A stretch of DNA of 64,000 nt from Mobula hypostoma (taxonomy: Eukaryota): positions 123,692,001-123,756,000 of the forward strand of contig NC_086097.1 of assembly GCF_963921235.1 (NCBI RefSeq), read 5' to 3'. A program made the translations under genes and the position numbers. This document shows positions 50,302-61,841 of this stretch, in pieces. Positions within the stretch are counted from its first letter, which is position 1; each line of letters starts with the position of its first letter. Under the pieces are notes generated by a model that did no database searches, was not told the DNA's origin, and saw only the letters and a program-made list of their open reading frames with translations.

Positions 50302-51432
50302 TATGTATAGAATGCCTTGGGATTCTCTTTAATCCTACTTGCCAAGGCCCTTTCTGGCTTCCCTAATTCCCTCCTTGAGTTCTCTTCTGGCTTCTTCATA
50401 ATTCTCAAAGGCTCTGTTTGATCCTCACTTCCTAACCTTTACATACTTTTGTTTTTCTTCTTGACTAAAGTCATCATCTGTCTCAATATACAAGGTCCTT
50501 TGCTTTGCTATCCTTGTCCTTCCTTCCTGACTGGAACAAGCCTGTCCTGTGTCAGTGCAGTTGGCCTTTAAACACCCTCCATATGTCGGATGTGGACGTC
50601 AAAAACAGCTGTTCCAATTAATTCCCGCTAGTTTCTGCCTAATGCTCTCATAATTTTCCTTGCTCCAATTTAATACTCTCTCGCAAGGTTCATACTTAGT
50701 TATAGCTAACTTAAAACTTAGGAGTCGTGAGCACTGTTCCCTAATTGCTCACCCACTGGAAGGCTGGTTACCTGGCCAGGCTCATTACCTAACACTGAGT
50801 CCAGTACAGCCCCTCTTCTTGTTGGATAATCTAGATATTGATTTTTAAAAAACCCTCCTGGATGCACCTAAAAATTCTGCCCCATCTACCCCATCTAAAT
50901 CTCTTGCACTAAGAAGATCCTGGTTTATATTAAGGAAGTGGAAGTCCCCCATGGCAACCCTATTATTTTTACACCTCTCTTTAATCTGCCTGCATATCTG
51001 TCCCGGTGAACATTTTGAAGTGGACCTAAGTAAAGCTCATGTATGGGGTAAAGACATTGCCCATGAAGGAAGTTCATGGAAGGAAATTGGACATGACAGT
51101 GGGCAAGCTCTGAAAATGTATGGAGTGATGAGGATGGACAGTGAGATGGATTACATCAGCAGGTATCAAGAATCTGGCTTGCTTTCAGATGACAACCCCA
51201 GGGCAGAAGTAAATGAAAAGTACCCAGGATCCTTTGGTAACTCCATATATAGTAGCTTCTTTTTGTTATATATTTGTATGAGAACACAAATTAATTAAAA
51301 CCAAAGCCTTACATGCAAATTTGTATTCATGAAAGCCTTTCTGTGGATGCAGGGTCAAACCTCCAGAGAACTACATGGTGCATAACTAACAAGGAAATTC
51401 AGTTATGTTCCTAAACTGCCAGTAGATGCAAT

Positions 51433-52077
51433 TGAAACCCTGCTGGTTTCCTTGGCTGCGTGAGTCTAGGAAAGACGCACTCTGTTCCTGTCAAACCCGT
51501 GAGATTAAAACGGCTCTCCTACCCCAAACCCCGGTTTGTGTGGATGCTGTGTAATTTGCTACCCTGTTACAACTCACTGCTAAAAAATCACAGACAGCAT
51601 GCTGCATAAGACTAAAAGAATTGTATTTTTTAATCGTACTTAACTGAAGGGTTAGTAAAGGAAAAAAAAACAAAAAGGGCCCATTATATTTAAAGAGTAA
51701 AACGTGCACTAGTTGGAGCTCATCTTGAACTTCTTTGTCACTCTCACACTGGGCCCTCGGTCTGCCTGAAAACACATACCACCTTCTGAACATTGCTCCC
51801 AATCCTTCTCGAACAAATGGGTCTCCCACCAGTATCCTACAACCGGTTCTCCCCAGGGTCTTCTCTCTTCATCTCCCACCAAAAAAAAACGATCCAAGAC
51901 CCTCACCAAAAAACCTTCCCCCAGTTCCACCATCCTAATTGGATGGCGCACATTCCTCATCATCCCTTATCTTCAACCATAACCCAAACAGGCTGCAGGC
52001 AGAACAGACTGCTCTTACAGAACTGCTAAATGAAATACCTACAGCATAACAGTAAAGCTGTGAACCAGGCCATTACA
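51433..52077. mobile_element. Probable solo LTR (645 bp)
   Basis: TG...CA ends (tgaaac / cattaca); 4-bp TSD with one mismatch (caat/caac). Confidence 0.6.
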
Positions 52078-53089
52078 CAACCTTGGCACAGAATTCACTA
52101 GTAAATGCATAAGTTTCAGCCAAAACTATTGGCATTCACTAATTTAAAATCTAGAGGTTTAATCCCACCTTGCAGTTTAGTCCCAAATGTAACTTTGAAC
52201 TGGATCTTCCCTCTGTCCTCTCCCTAAGAATTCTTGAGAAGAAGCAGTGTGTATCTAATTGTACTATATGTTGCTCTGCTTGGGTGACATGAATGCAGAT
52301 CAACAAACATTCATCCCCAAAAGTTTCTATTTGTTTGACATTCTGTTTAAAGAAAGACTTGGAGTTTGAGAGGCAAACAATTTAGAAGACCCAGGCCAAG
52401 CATAACCTCTCTTTTCTGCTCTATACCTATCGCAATGCAGAGGTGCCCTGTTTATTTTACAAATCTAATCAACACAGTAGCACAGAGCCAAAACAAGATT
52501 TGCCATTGCCAAATAATTTTTGGGTTAGAAGTTGAGGAAAATATTGAACTAGATCATGTATTAGATGAATATTGGCCTAGAATTTACAGTCAGTCATAAA
52601 TCAGTGGATCTGACCTTGGAGAGAGCTATCCATGAAGATAAAACAATGAAGATTCAAGATTGTTTAATGTCATTTGCTGTACACAAGTGTAAGGATGTGA
52701 CAGAACAAGTCTGCCACGAGCAATTTCTTCCTCCCCTGGGCCCCCCCCCCCCCACCGCCCCCGTAGCCTCTTAATTCTCAGTATCCCCGTCTGGCTGTGC
52801 TGACATTATGCTTATTGGGTGTACATGCTTGGCTAATGCGCAGCATGGATATTTTTGTTTGCACTTGCAAACAACAGCAAATTGTGGGAGTGATCTGACT
52901 TTCTAAACAGCAGGTGGAGGAGTGCTTTGTAAGTGTTGCGGAAAGGAGAGTAGTAGTGGTCGAATATGCTATCTCCCTGTATGCTCACCTGAATGTGTTG
53001 ACAAAACTTCAGAGAGACTTTAGACAGCGTTGCTCGATTAAAGTCACTGGCAACAATGAAGGCAGCCTCTGGATGTACAATCTCTAGGG

Positions 53090-54076
53090 TGTTGTGTCCG
53101 ACAGAGTGATCAGCAGCACTGGGGCTCCACAGGGGACTGTCTTGTCTCCCTTTCTCTTCACCATTTACACCTCGGACTTCAACTACTGCACAGAGTCTTG
53201 TCATCTTTAGAAGTTTTCGGATGACTCTGCCATAGTTGGATGCATCAGCAAGGGAGATGATGCTGAGTACAGGGCTACGGTAGGAAACTTTGTCTCATGG
53301 TGTGAGCAGAATTATCTGCAGCTTAATGTGAAAAAGACAAAGGAGCTGGTGGTAGACCTGAGGAGAGCTAAGGTACCAGTGACCCCTGTTTCCATCCAGG
53401 GGGTCAGTGTGGACATGGTGGAGGATTACAAATACCTGGGGTTACGAATCGACAATAAACTGGACTGGTCAAAGAACACTGAGGCTGTCTACAAGAAGGT
53501 TCAGAGCTGTCTGTATTTCCTGAGGAGACTGAGGTCCTTTAACCATCTGCTGGACAATGCCGAGGATGTTCTACGAGTCTGTGGTGGCCAGTGGTATCAT
53601 GTTTGCTGTTGTGTGCTGGGGCAGCAGGCTGAGGGTAGCAGACACCAACAGAATCAACAAATTCATTTGTAAGGCCAGTGATGTTGTGATGATGGAACTG
53701 GACTCTCTCACGGTGGTGTCTGAAAAGAGGATGCTGTCTAAGTTGCATGCCATCCTGGTCAATGTCTCCTATCCACTACATAATGTACTGGGTGGACACA
53801 GGAGTACATTCAGCCAGAGACTCATTCCACCGAGATGCAGCACAGAGCATCATAGGAAGTCATTCCTGCCTGTGGCCATCAAACTTTACAACTCCTCCCT
53901 TGGAGGGTCAGACACCCTGAGCCAATAGGCTGGTCCTGGACTTATTTCATAATTTACTGGCATAATTTACATATTACTATTTAACTATTTATGGTTCTAT
54001 TACTATTTATTATTTATGGTGCAACTGTAACAAAAACCAATTTCCCCCAGGATCAATAAAGTATGACTATGACTAT
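53090..54076 (+). mobile_element. Rex1/Babar-like LINE 3' part, inserted in an opposite-strand LINE endonuclease fragment
   Basis: GAPQGTVLSPFLF, KFSDD, LNVKKTKELVVD, YKYLG motifs; aataaa then (TATGAC)n tail. Confidence 0.85.
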
Positions 54077-54489
54077 GGTGATAGTCTCGTACAGTTCCGT
54101 GAGAGCCAGGCCAGTATCAGCCTGAGACAGACTGTACACCACTGTGATAATAACAACCGTGAACTCCCTAGGCAGACAGAAAGGTCTGCATAGTAGCACA
54201 AGGTGCTCCAGATCCAGAGAACGAAAGGACTTGAGGACATGCACATTCCGGGGGTTATTATTGATCGAGAAGCATACCCCACCTCCTTTACTCTTCCCAG
54301 AGAGGTTTTTTGACCTGTTTTGGTTTTTATGTAATTTTTCAGGCTCATGGTAGCAACTCCCCCATCATTCCAAAGAATGGACTATTCCTTTTCTCCTAGA
54401 GTAAGGAGATCCTTACCTAAAGGCTCATTTTGATGTAGGTGAAGAAGGAGAGAGGGTGTGGTAAGGTGAGGTGTATTACCTTACCATTT

Positions 54490-55290
54490 AGATGGAATAG
54501 ATGGCTTTGTTGCCACGTTTGCAGATGATACAAAGATTGGTGGAGGGGCAGGTAGTGTTGCATAAACAGGTAGGATGCAGAGGACTTAGACAGATTGGGA
54601 AAATGGGCAAGAAAGTGGCAAATGAAATACAATGTTGGAAAATGCATGGTCATGCACTTTGGTAGTAGGAATAAATGTGTGGACTATTTCCTAAACAGGG
54701 AGAAAACTTAGGAATCTGAGATGCAGAAGGACTTGGGAGTCCTTGTGCAGAACACCCTGAAGGTTAACTTGCAGGTTGAGTCACTGGTGAGGAAGGCAAA
54801 TGCCATGCTAGCATTCATTTCAAGAGGTCTAGAACACAAGAACAAGGATGTGATGCTGAGGCTTTATAAGGCACTGGTGAGGCCTCACCCTGAGTATTGT
54901 GAACAGTTTTGGGCCCCTCATCTTCGAAAAGATGTGCTGGCATTGGAGAGGCTCCAGAGGAGGTTCACAAGGATGATTCCAGGAATGAAAGGATTATCAT
55001 ACGAGGAACATTTGATGGCGCTGGAATTCAGAAGGATGAGGGAGGAATCTTATTGAAATCTTTTGAATGTTGAAAGGCCTAGACAGAATAGATGTGGAAA
55101 GGATATTACCCATGGTGGGAGAGTCCAGGACAAGAGTGCACAGCCTCAGAATAGAGGGGTGTCTTTCAAAACAGAGATGCAGAGAAATTTCTTTAGCCAA
55201 AGGGTGGTGAACTTGTTGCCACATGCAGCTGTGGAGGCCAGGTTGCTGGGTGTATTTAAGGCAGACTCGATGGGTCAGATGGCCTATTAC
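54490..55290 (+). mobile_element. CR1 LINE 3' fragment
   Basis: FADDTKIGG; ORF 54721 LYKALVRPHPEYC. Confidence 0.85.
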
Positions 55291-55996
55291 TTCAGACTGA
55301 TGTTTTGGAACTGTAGTCTTAAAGGTGTGATGGTGTATATTTGCATTTTCTCTTTTTGTTATTTTGCCATTTTTGCGCTGTAAATATTTTTGAACTTGTT
55401 CTAAAAGTTTTTCACCTCTGGCTCACCATAAATACCTTTGCACTGAATGTGCTATCCAGACCTGCTGTCCATTTTTTAAAGTCCACACCTTCTTAAGGGC
55501 ATGGGACCCTTTCCAAAACCCACAGTGTGACAAAGGAGAACAAAATAATTGTTACTCCAGATCCAATACAGTGCAAAAAAAAGACAAAAATAAGGAACAC
55601 AATAATAATTTTAAAACACAATAAATTCCAGGCAGTTTCTACAGCAGGTTACATGGTCAGCATAGCATTGTGGGCTGAAGGGCCTGTAATGTGCTATAGA
55701 TTTTCTGTGTTTCTATATAAATATATAAGATGGCTTAAATACATAGATTAGTTGTCCATAAAGTGACACTAGACTGTACATAAAGTGATTGATGGGAAAT
55801 AATAAAATGGTGGTGGAGTTAGTGGGTGGAGATGTAGATCAGTTTTACTGCTTGGGGAAAGTAACTGTTTTTGGTGTTCCTGGTGTGGATGCTACATAGC
55901 CTCCACCCCGATGGGAGAAACAGTGCGTGAGCAGGGTGTGTGGGATCCTTCAAAATTTTACTGACCTTTCGGTGTGTATGTCCTTGATGGTGGGTA

Positions 55997-56475
55997 AACC
56001 TAACCAGAGGGCTTAAAAAGAGGATTTTCATAGCAGTCATAGAGTCCATTCTCACGTACGGATGTGAGGCGTGGACACTCACCAAGACTATGCGAAAGTC
56101 TCTAGATGGTTGCTATACACGAATGCTCCGGATGGCTCTTGATGTGAGTTGGCAACAGCACATGACGAACGTTGAGCTCTATAATGACCTACCGATGCTC
56201 ACCACTAAAATCGAGGCGAGAAGACTGCAACTAGCGGGGCACTGTCTATGCCACCCCAAGCTACCTGCCAGCCTAGTCATCATATGGGAGCCCAAGCACG
56301 GGAGGATGAACCCTGGGCACCCTCCCAAGACTATGGTCAACATGCTCCTAGAAGACAGCGGCGCGGCTAATGTAGATGAACTGAACACACTGATGAGGGA
56401 GGGGGAGAAGTGGAGAGTCCGTCATTGTGCCTGACGCCGGCCCCCTCGGCCAGGGTCAACGTAGTAGTAGTAGTA
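55997..56475 (+). mobile_element. RTE/RTE-X-like LINE 3' fragment with (TAG)n tail
   Basis: ESILTYGCEAWTLTK..LDGCYTRMLRMAL..RLQLAGH; 7-bp TSD gtgggta (55990-55996, 56476-56482). Confidence 0.85.
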
Positions 56476-56830
56476 GTGGGTAGGCGGGTGTCAGTGATGC
56501 ACTGGGCAGTTTTGACTAACAGGTTGTTGTTGTAATGTGAGCATAATTAAAAGTAAGTTAATACTAATTAGGATAATGGGGGGTTTTTACTTCCAGTTTG
56601 TTTGTATATAGTGTTCCTGCCATGCCATACAGGTTGTAAAAGTATCTGTATATAGATTAGGATTTTGACGTTCGAGATAAAGTTGTTTCTTTGGGCATGA
56701 AGTTATTGAGTGGGGCTTTTTCAAAGTAGAAGTTACCACATATTTTTGGCGACAAAGTAAACTGGTTTTGTGGACGTGTCGGCACGTCTTGAACGGGAGC
56801 AGCAGCGCCGATAAGGGGCCTCACGTTCAG

Positions 56831-58917
56831 ATGGCTACGTTTGGGACTATCATTGAATTTGTGGAGGTTACGGAGGACTGGTCGGAGTATGAGGAAAGGT
56901 TGGGACACTTTTTCTGTGCTAATGGAATTACTGAGGAGGCTAAGAAGCGCTCTATTCTCCTGAGTGTGTGTGGGGCAAAGACTTACAAGCTAATGAGGAA
57001 TTTAGCCACACCGTGGAAACCAGGGGACATTCCATATAACGAACTGGTCAAGTTCGTGGGGAACCACTACAATCTGAAACCTTCTGTGATAGTCCAACGG
57101 TGTAAGTTTCATAGCCGTTTCAGGAAGCCAGGTTGGTCTGTGGCCGAGCTTCAGCAGCATAATGACGGCATACAACTCCGCCTGTTACGGGAAACCCCAC
57201 CGCTGACTCTCAAGAAAGCCTTAGAGATTGCCCAAGGCATGGATATGGCTGCTAATAATGTCAAGGATATCCAGAAAGGACAGGGGGGGTTGCAGTCTGT
57301 GGCCATGCACCAAGTCAGGAGGGAGACTGGTAAACAGGCAAAGCGGGTGGAATGTTTCCAGTGTGGAGGGATGCACTATGCAAATAATTGCAAATTCAAA
57401 GACACTGTCTACCATGCTTGTAGCAAAAAGGGACATTTAGCTAAAAAGTGCAGAAGTTCAAAGGGTAAGATTAAGCCTGGGCAGGGGAAACCTCAACAGG
57501 CTCAGGCAGCCACACACCATCTAGAAGAAGCAGATGAAGAGGCAGCATGTGCCTACAACATGTTTGCAGTGGAAACAGATGAAGAACCACCTGACCATAT
57601 TATGCCAGTCACTGTCAGGGGAAAGGACATTAAGTTTGAGATTGATTCCAGGGCTACTGCATCAGTCATTAGTGAGGAGACCTACAGGAGGACATAGGGG
57701 TAAGCTTTTCACAAAGCTGGACATGAGCCACGCCTATCAACAGCTGCTGCTTGACGAGGATTCAAAGGAGTATGTCACAATTAATACACACAAGGGATTA
57801 TTCAAGTACAATCGCCTGGTGTTTGGAGTGGCATCCAGCTCTGCCGTTTTCCAAAGGACAATGGACTCTTTGCTGCAGGGGATTCCGCACGGAGCAGTGT
57901 ACCTTGATGATACTTTGATCTCTGGGGCTACGGAGGTGGAGCATCTGGCTAATTTAGGACGGGTGCTGTAGAGGCTCTCAGACGCAGGGCTGCAGTTGAA
58001 ATGCGGAAAATGTGTGTTCCTGGCATCGAGTGTGACTTACCTGGGACACAAGATCACCGCCCCCCAACCATAGACAAACTTAGGCAAGTGGTTGCAGTCC
58101 GCGGGTTGCCTGACACTCTGGTCACTGATAATGGCCCAATGTTCACCAGTGAGCTGTTCAGTGAGTTCATGCAGCAGAATGGCATTCATCACACTCAGAC
58201 GGCCCCTTTCCACCCAGCCTCCAATGGTTTGGCTGAGCGGCTGTTCAGACAGTGAAGGAAAGCCTGAAGCGGATGACAATGGGACTCTTAGCATTCAGCT
58301 TTCACATTTCCTGTTTCAATACCGCCTCACACCACAGACTATGACTGCCCGCACTCCCGCAGAGATGCTGATGGGGCGTAGGCCCAAGTCAAGATTGGAC
58401 CTGCTGCGCGGGACATGAAGGCAAAAGTGGAGAGAAAGCAGGAAAAGCAGAAGGAGGGACATGATCAGCAAGCACGAGAGAGACAGTTAAAACCGGATGG
58501 CAATGACTATTTGAGAAACAATCAGCAATGGCTGCCTGGGGTTATTCTTAAACAGAGTGGTCCCGTCGCCTATGTGGTTAAGCTGACTGATGGGCGTGTT
58601 TTCCGCAGACATCAGGACCATGTGCGCCTGCAACATGATACCGGCTCAGAGGCAGACAGTTCCATGGAGTTTCCATTTGTGAGACAGACTATGGTGGAAG
58701 CATGTCCACCAGTGACTTTGTCAGAGGGGAGATGCTGGCAGAGGGGCCGGGGTCCCCTGAGGAGGATGGACATTCTCACGCAGACACACAGACCCCTCTC
58801 ATGTCCCCAAAACCAGATCCACCCAAAACACCCTCACCAGCAGTGCCTGCTGGATCACCGGGGGTAGTGCACAGATTACAGCGCACTCGTAAACCTCCTG
58901 ACAGACCGAATCTTTGA
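56831..58917 (+). pseudogene. Gypsy gag-pol remnant: gag with two zinc knuckles, protease start, RT fragment, integrase fragments
   Basis: MATFGTIIEF..DWSEYEERL; CFQCGGMHYANNC and HACSKKGHLAKKC; FEIDSRA (mutated DSGA); KLDMSHAYQQL..YLDD; LVTDNGPMF..APFHPASNGLAER; stops, frameshifts and large deletions. Confidence 0.9.
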
Positions 58918-59253
58918 TGGGACAGTTTATTTCGTGTTGTTAGATTGAATGTTGAATCTGTCACATTTTCCAGATGTTTTGTATTGGTAAACTGTTGCTA
59001 AGGTACTAGTATAAGTTTTCAAGGGTACGCAAGTTAATAACACCACTGTTTTTTATTTCCTAATTTTTTTTGTATTTGGGGAATGTTAAATTTTAAAGGG
59101 GGAGAAGTGTTGTAAGCATTATTAAAAGTAAGTTAATACTAATTAGGATAATGGGGAGTTTTACTTCAGTTCTTTTTTTTTTACTTCCGGTGTGTTTGTA
59201 CATAGTGTTCCTGCCATGCCGTACGGGTTGTGAAAGCCTCTGTGTATACATAA

Positions 59254-61032
59254 ACACGAGAAATTCTGCAGATGCTGGAAACTCAAGCAACACACATCAA
59301 AGTTGCTGGTGAACGCAGCAGGCCAGGCAGCATCTCTAGGAAGAGGTACAATCGATGTTTCGGGCCAAGACCCTTTGTCAGGACTAACTGAAGGAAGAGC
59401 TAATAAGAGATTTGAAAGTGAGAGGGGGAGGGCGAGATCCAAAATGATAGGAGAAGACAGGAGGGGGAGGGATGGAGCCAAGAGCTGGACAGGTGATTAG
59501 CAAAAGGGATATGAGAGGATCATGGGACAGGAAGCCTAGGGAGAAGGAAAAGGAGTGGGGGGATCCCAGAGGATGGGCAAGGGGTATAGTCAGAGGGACA
59601 GAGGGAGAAAAAGGAGAGAGACAGAAAGAATGTGTGTATATAAATAAATAATGGATGGGGTACGAGGGGGAGGTGGGGCATTAGCGGAAGTTAGAGAAGT
59701 CAGTGTTCATACCATCAGGTTGGAGGCTATCCAGAAGGTGGTGTTCCTCCAACCTGAGTGTGGCTTCATCCTTACCACCATTCAGGGCCCCAGACAGTCC
59801 TTCCAGGTGAGGCGACACTTCACCTGTGAAAACTTCTCGCAATTCCTCCGTCTCTGCCGCATCTGCTCTTAGGATGAGGCTTTTCATTCCAGGACGAGGG
59901 AGATGTCCTCCTTTTTTAAAGAAAGGGGCCTCCCTTCCTCCACTATCAACTCTGCTCTCAAACGCATCTCACCCATTTCACGCACATCTGCTCTCACTCC
60001 ATCCTCCCACCACCCCACCAGGAATAGGGTTCCCCTGGTCCTCACCTACCACCCCACCAGCCTCCGGGTCCAACATATTATTCTCCATAATTTTCGCCAC
60101 CTCCAACGGGATCCCACTGCTAAGCACATCTTTCCCTCCCCCCTCTGCTTTCCGCAAGGATCACTCCCTAGGCGACTCCCTTGTCCATTCGTCCCCCCCA
60201 TCCCTCCCCACCGATCTCCCTCCTGGCACTTATCCTTGTAAGCGGAACAAGCGCTACACATGCCCTTACACTTCCTCCCTTACCACCATTCAGGGCCCCA
60301 GACAGTCCTTCCAGGTGAGGCGACACTTCACCTGTGAGTCGGCTGGGGTGATATACTGCGTCCGGTTCTCCCGATGTGGCCTTCTATATATTGGCAAGAC
60401 CCGACGCAGACTAGGAGATTGTTTTGCTGAACACCTACGCTCTGTCCGCCAGAGAAAGCAGGATCTCCCAGTGGCTACACATTTTAATTCCACATCCCAT
60501 TCCCATTCTGACATGTCTATCCACGGCCTCCTCTACTGTAAAGATGAAGCCACACTCAGGTTGGAGGAACAACACCTAATATTCCGTCTGGGTAGTCTCC
60601 AACCTGATGGCATGAGCATTGACTTCTCTAACTTCCACTAATGCCCCACCTCCCCCTCGTACCCCATCCGTTATTTATTTATATACACACATTCTTTTTC
60701 TCTCTCTCTCTCCTTTTTCTCCCTCTGTCCCTCTGTCTATACCCTTTGCCCATACTCTTGGTTTTCCCCCCCTCCCCCTTTTTCCTTCTCTCTGGGCCTC
60801 CTGTCCCATGATCCTTTCATATCCCTATGCCAATCACCTGTCCAGCTCTTGGCTCCATCCCTCCCCCTCTTGTCTTCTCCTATCATTTTGGATCTCTCCC
60901 TCCCCCTCCCACTTTCAAATCTCGTACTAACTCTTCCTTGAGTTAGTCCTGACGATGGGTCTTGGCCCGAAACGTCGACTGTACCTCTTCCTAGAGATGC
61001 TGCCTGGCCTGCTGCATTCATCAGCAACTTTG
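59254..61032. mobile_element. Inverted-end PLE inside the Gypsy 3' LTR (plus arm has RT end and GIY-YIG)
   Basis: TSD ctctgtgtatacataa (59238-59253, 61033-61048); ORF 59826..60641 ends [42 protein letters not shown]. Confidence 0.92.
60945..60981 (+). ncRNA. Minimal type-I hammerhead ribozyme motif
   Basis: CTGACGA 60949-60955, stem II gggt/gccc, GAAA 60969-60972, GTC 60974-60976. Confidence 0.75.
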
Positions 61033-61193
61033 CTCTGTGTATACATAACGGTTATGACATTCGAGATAAAGTTGTTTCTTTGGGCATGAAGTTGTCGAGT
61101 GGGCCTTTTTCAAAGTAGAAGTTACCACAGTTGTAGAGCCTTCCTGTCTGCTGCAGTGTACTTTCTGTACCAAGCAGAGGTGCAGCTTGTTAG

Positions 61194-61841
61194 CAACACA
61201 CCCAGAATGCTGGTGAACACAGCAGGCCAGGCAGCATCCATAGGAAGGAGCACAGTTGACGTTTCGGGCTGAGACCCTTCGTCAGGACTAACTGAAAGAA
61301 GGGATAGTAAGAAATTTGAAAGTGGAAGGGGGAGGGGGAGATCCGAAATGATAGGAAAAGACAGGAAGGGGAGAGAGGGAGCTAAGAGCTGGAAAATTGA
61401 TTAGCAAAAGGGATACAAGGCTGGAGAAGGGAGAGGATCATGGGATGGGAGGCCTTGGGAGAAAGAAAGGGGGAGGGGAGCACCAGAGGAAGATGGAGAG
61501 CAGGCAAGGAGTTATTGTGAGAGGGACAGAGAGAAAAAAGAGAGAAAAAAAGGGAAGAAAATAATAAGTAAATAAATAAGGGATGGGGTAAGAAGGGGAG
61601 GAGGGGCATTAATGGAAGTTAGAGGAATCAATGTTCATGCCATCAGGTTGGAGGCTACCCAGTCGAAATATAAGGTGTTGGTTCCTCCAACCTGAGTGTG
61701 GCTTCATTTTGACAGTAGAGGAGGCCATGGATAGACATATCTGAATGGGAATGGGACGTGGAATTAAAATGTGTGGCCACTGGGAGATCCTGCTTTCTCT
61801 GGCGGACAGAGCGTAGGTGTTCAGCGAAACAGTCTCCCAGT
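61194..61841 (-). mobile_element. PLE terminal repeat plus GIY-YIG end
   Basis: 11-bp TSD cagcttgttag (61183-61193, 61842-61852). Confidence 0.9.

Larger units (their letters stand above)
46445..51000 (-). mobile_element. Decayed CR1 LINE hosting PLE, Rex1-like and Tc1 insertions
   Basis: ORFs 46672(-), 48096(-) and 48902(-) carry CR1 motifs; boundaries approximate. Confidence 0.75.
56528..61129 (+). mobile_element. Ty3/Gypsy LTR retrotransposon (Mag-like), internally deleted
   Basis: 5' LTR 56528-56740, PBS-like tggcgac just after it, polypurine tract aaagggggagaag before the 3' LTR (59108-61129, interrupted by a PLE); 5-bp TSD gttgt. Confidence 0.93.

Noticed and set aside
50951..51298. 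115-aa ORF as a possible next TMX3 exon
   Set aside because: No resemblance to the expected downstream TMX3 peptide and it starts in antisense CR1 sequence
59826..60641. 271-aa ORF as a host gene or intact PLE protein
   Set aside because: The N-terminal part is an off-frame reading of PLE RT; only the C-terminal GIY-YIG part is in the native frame
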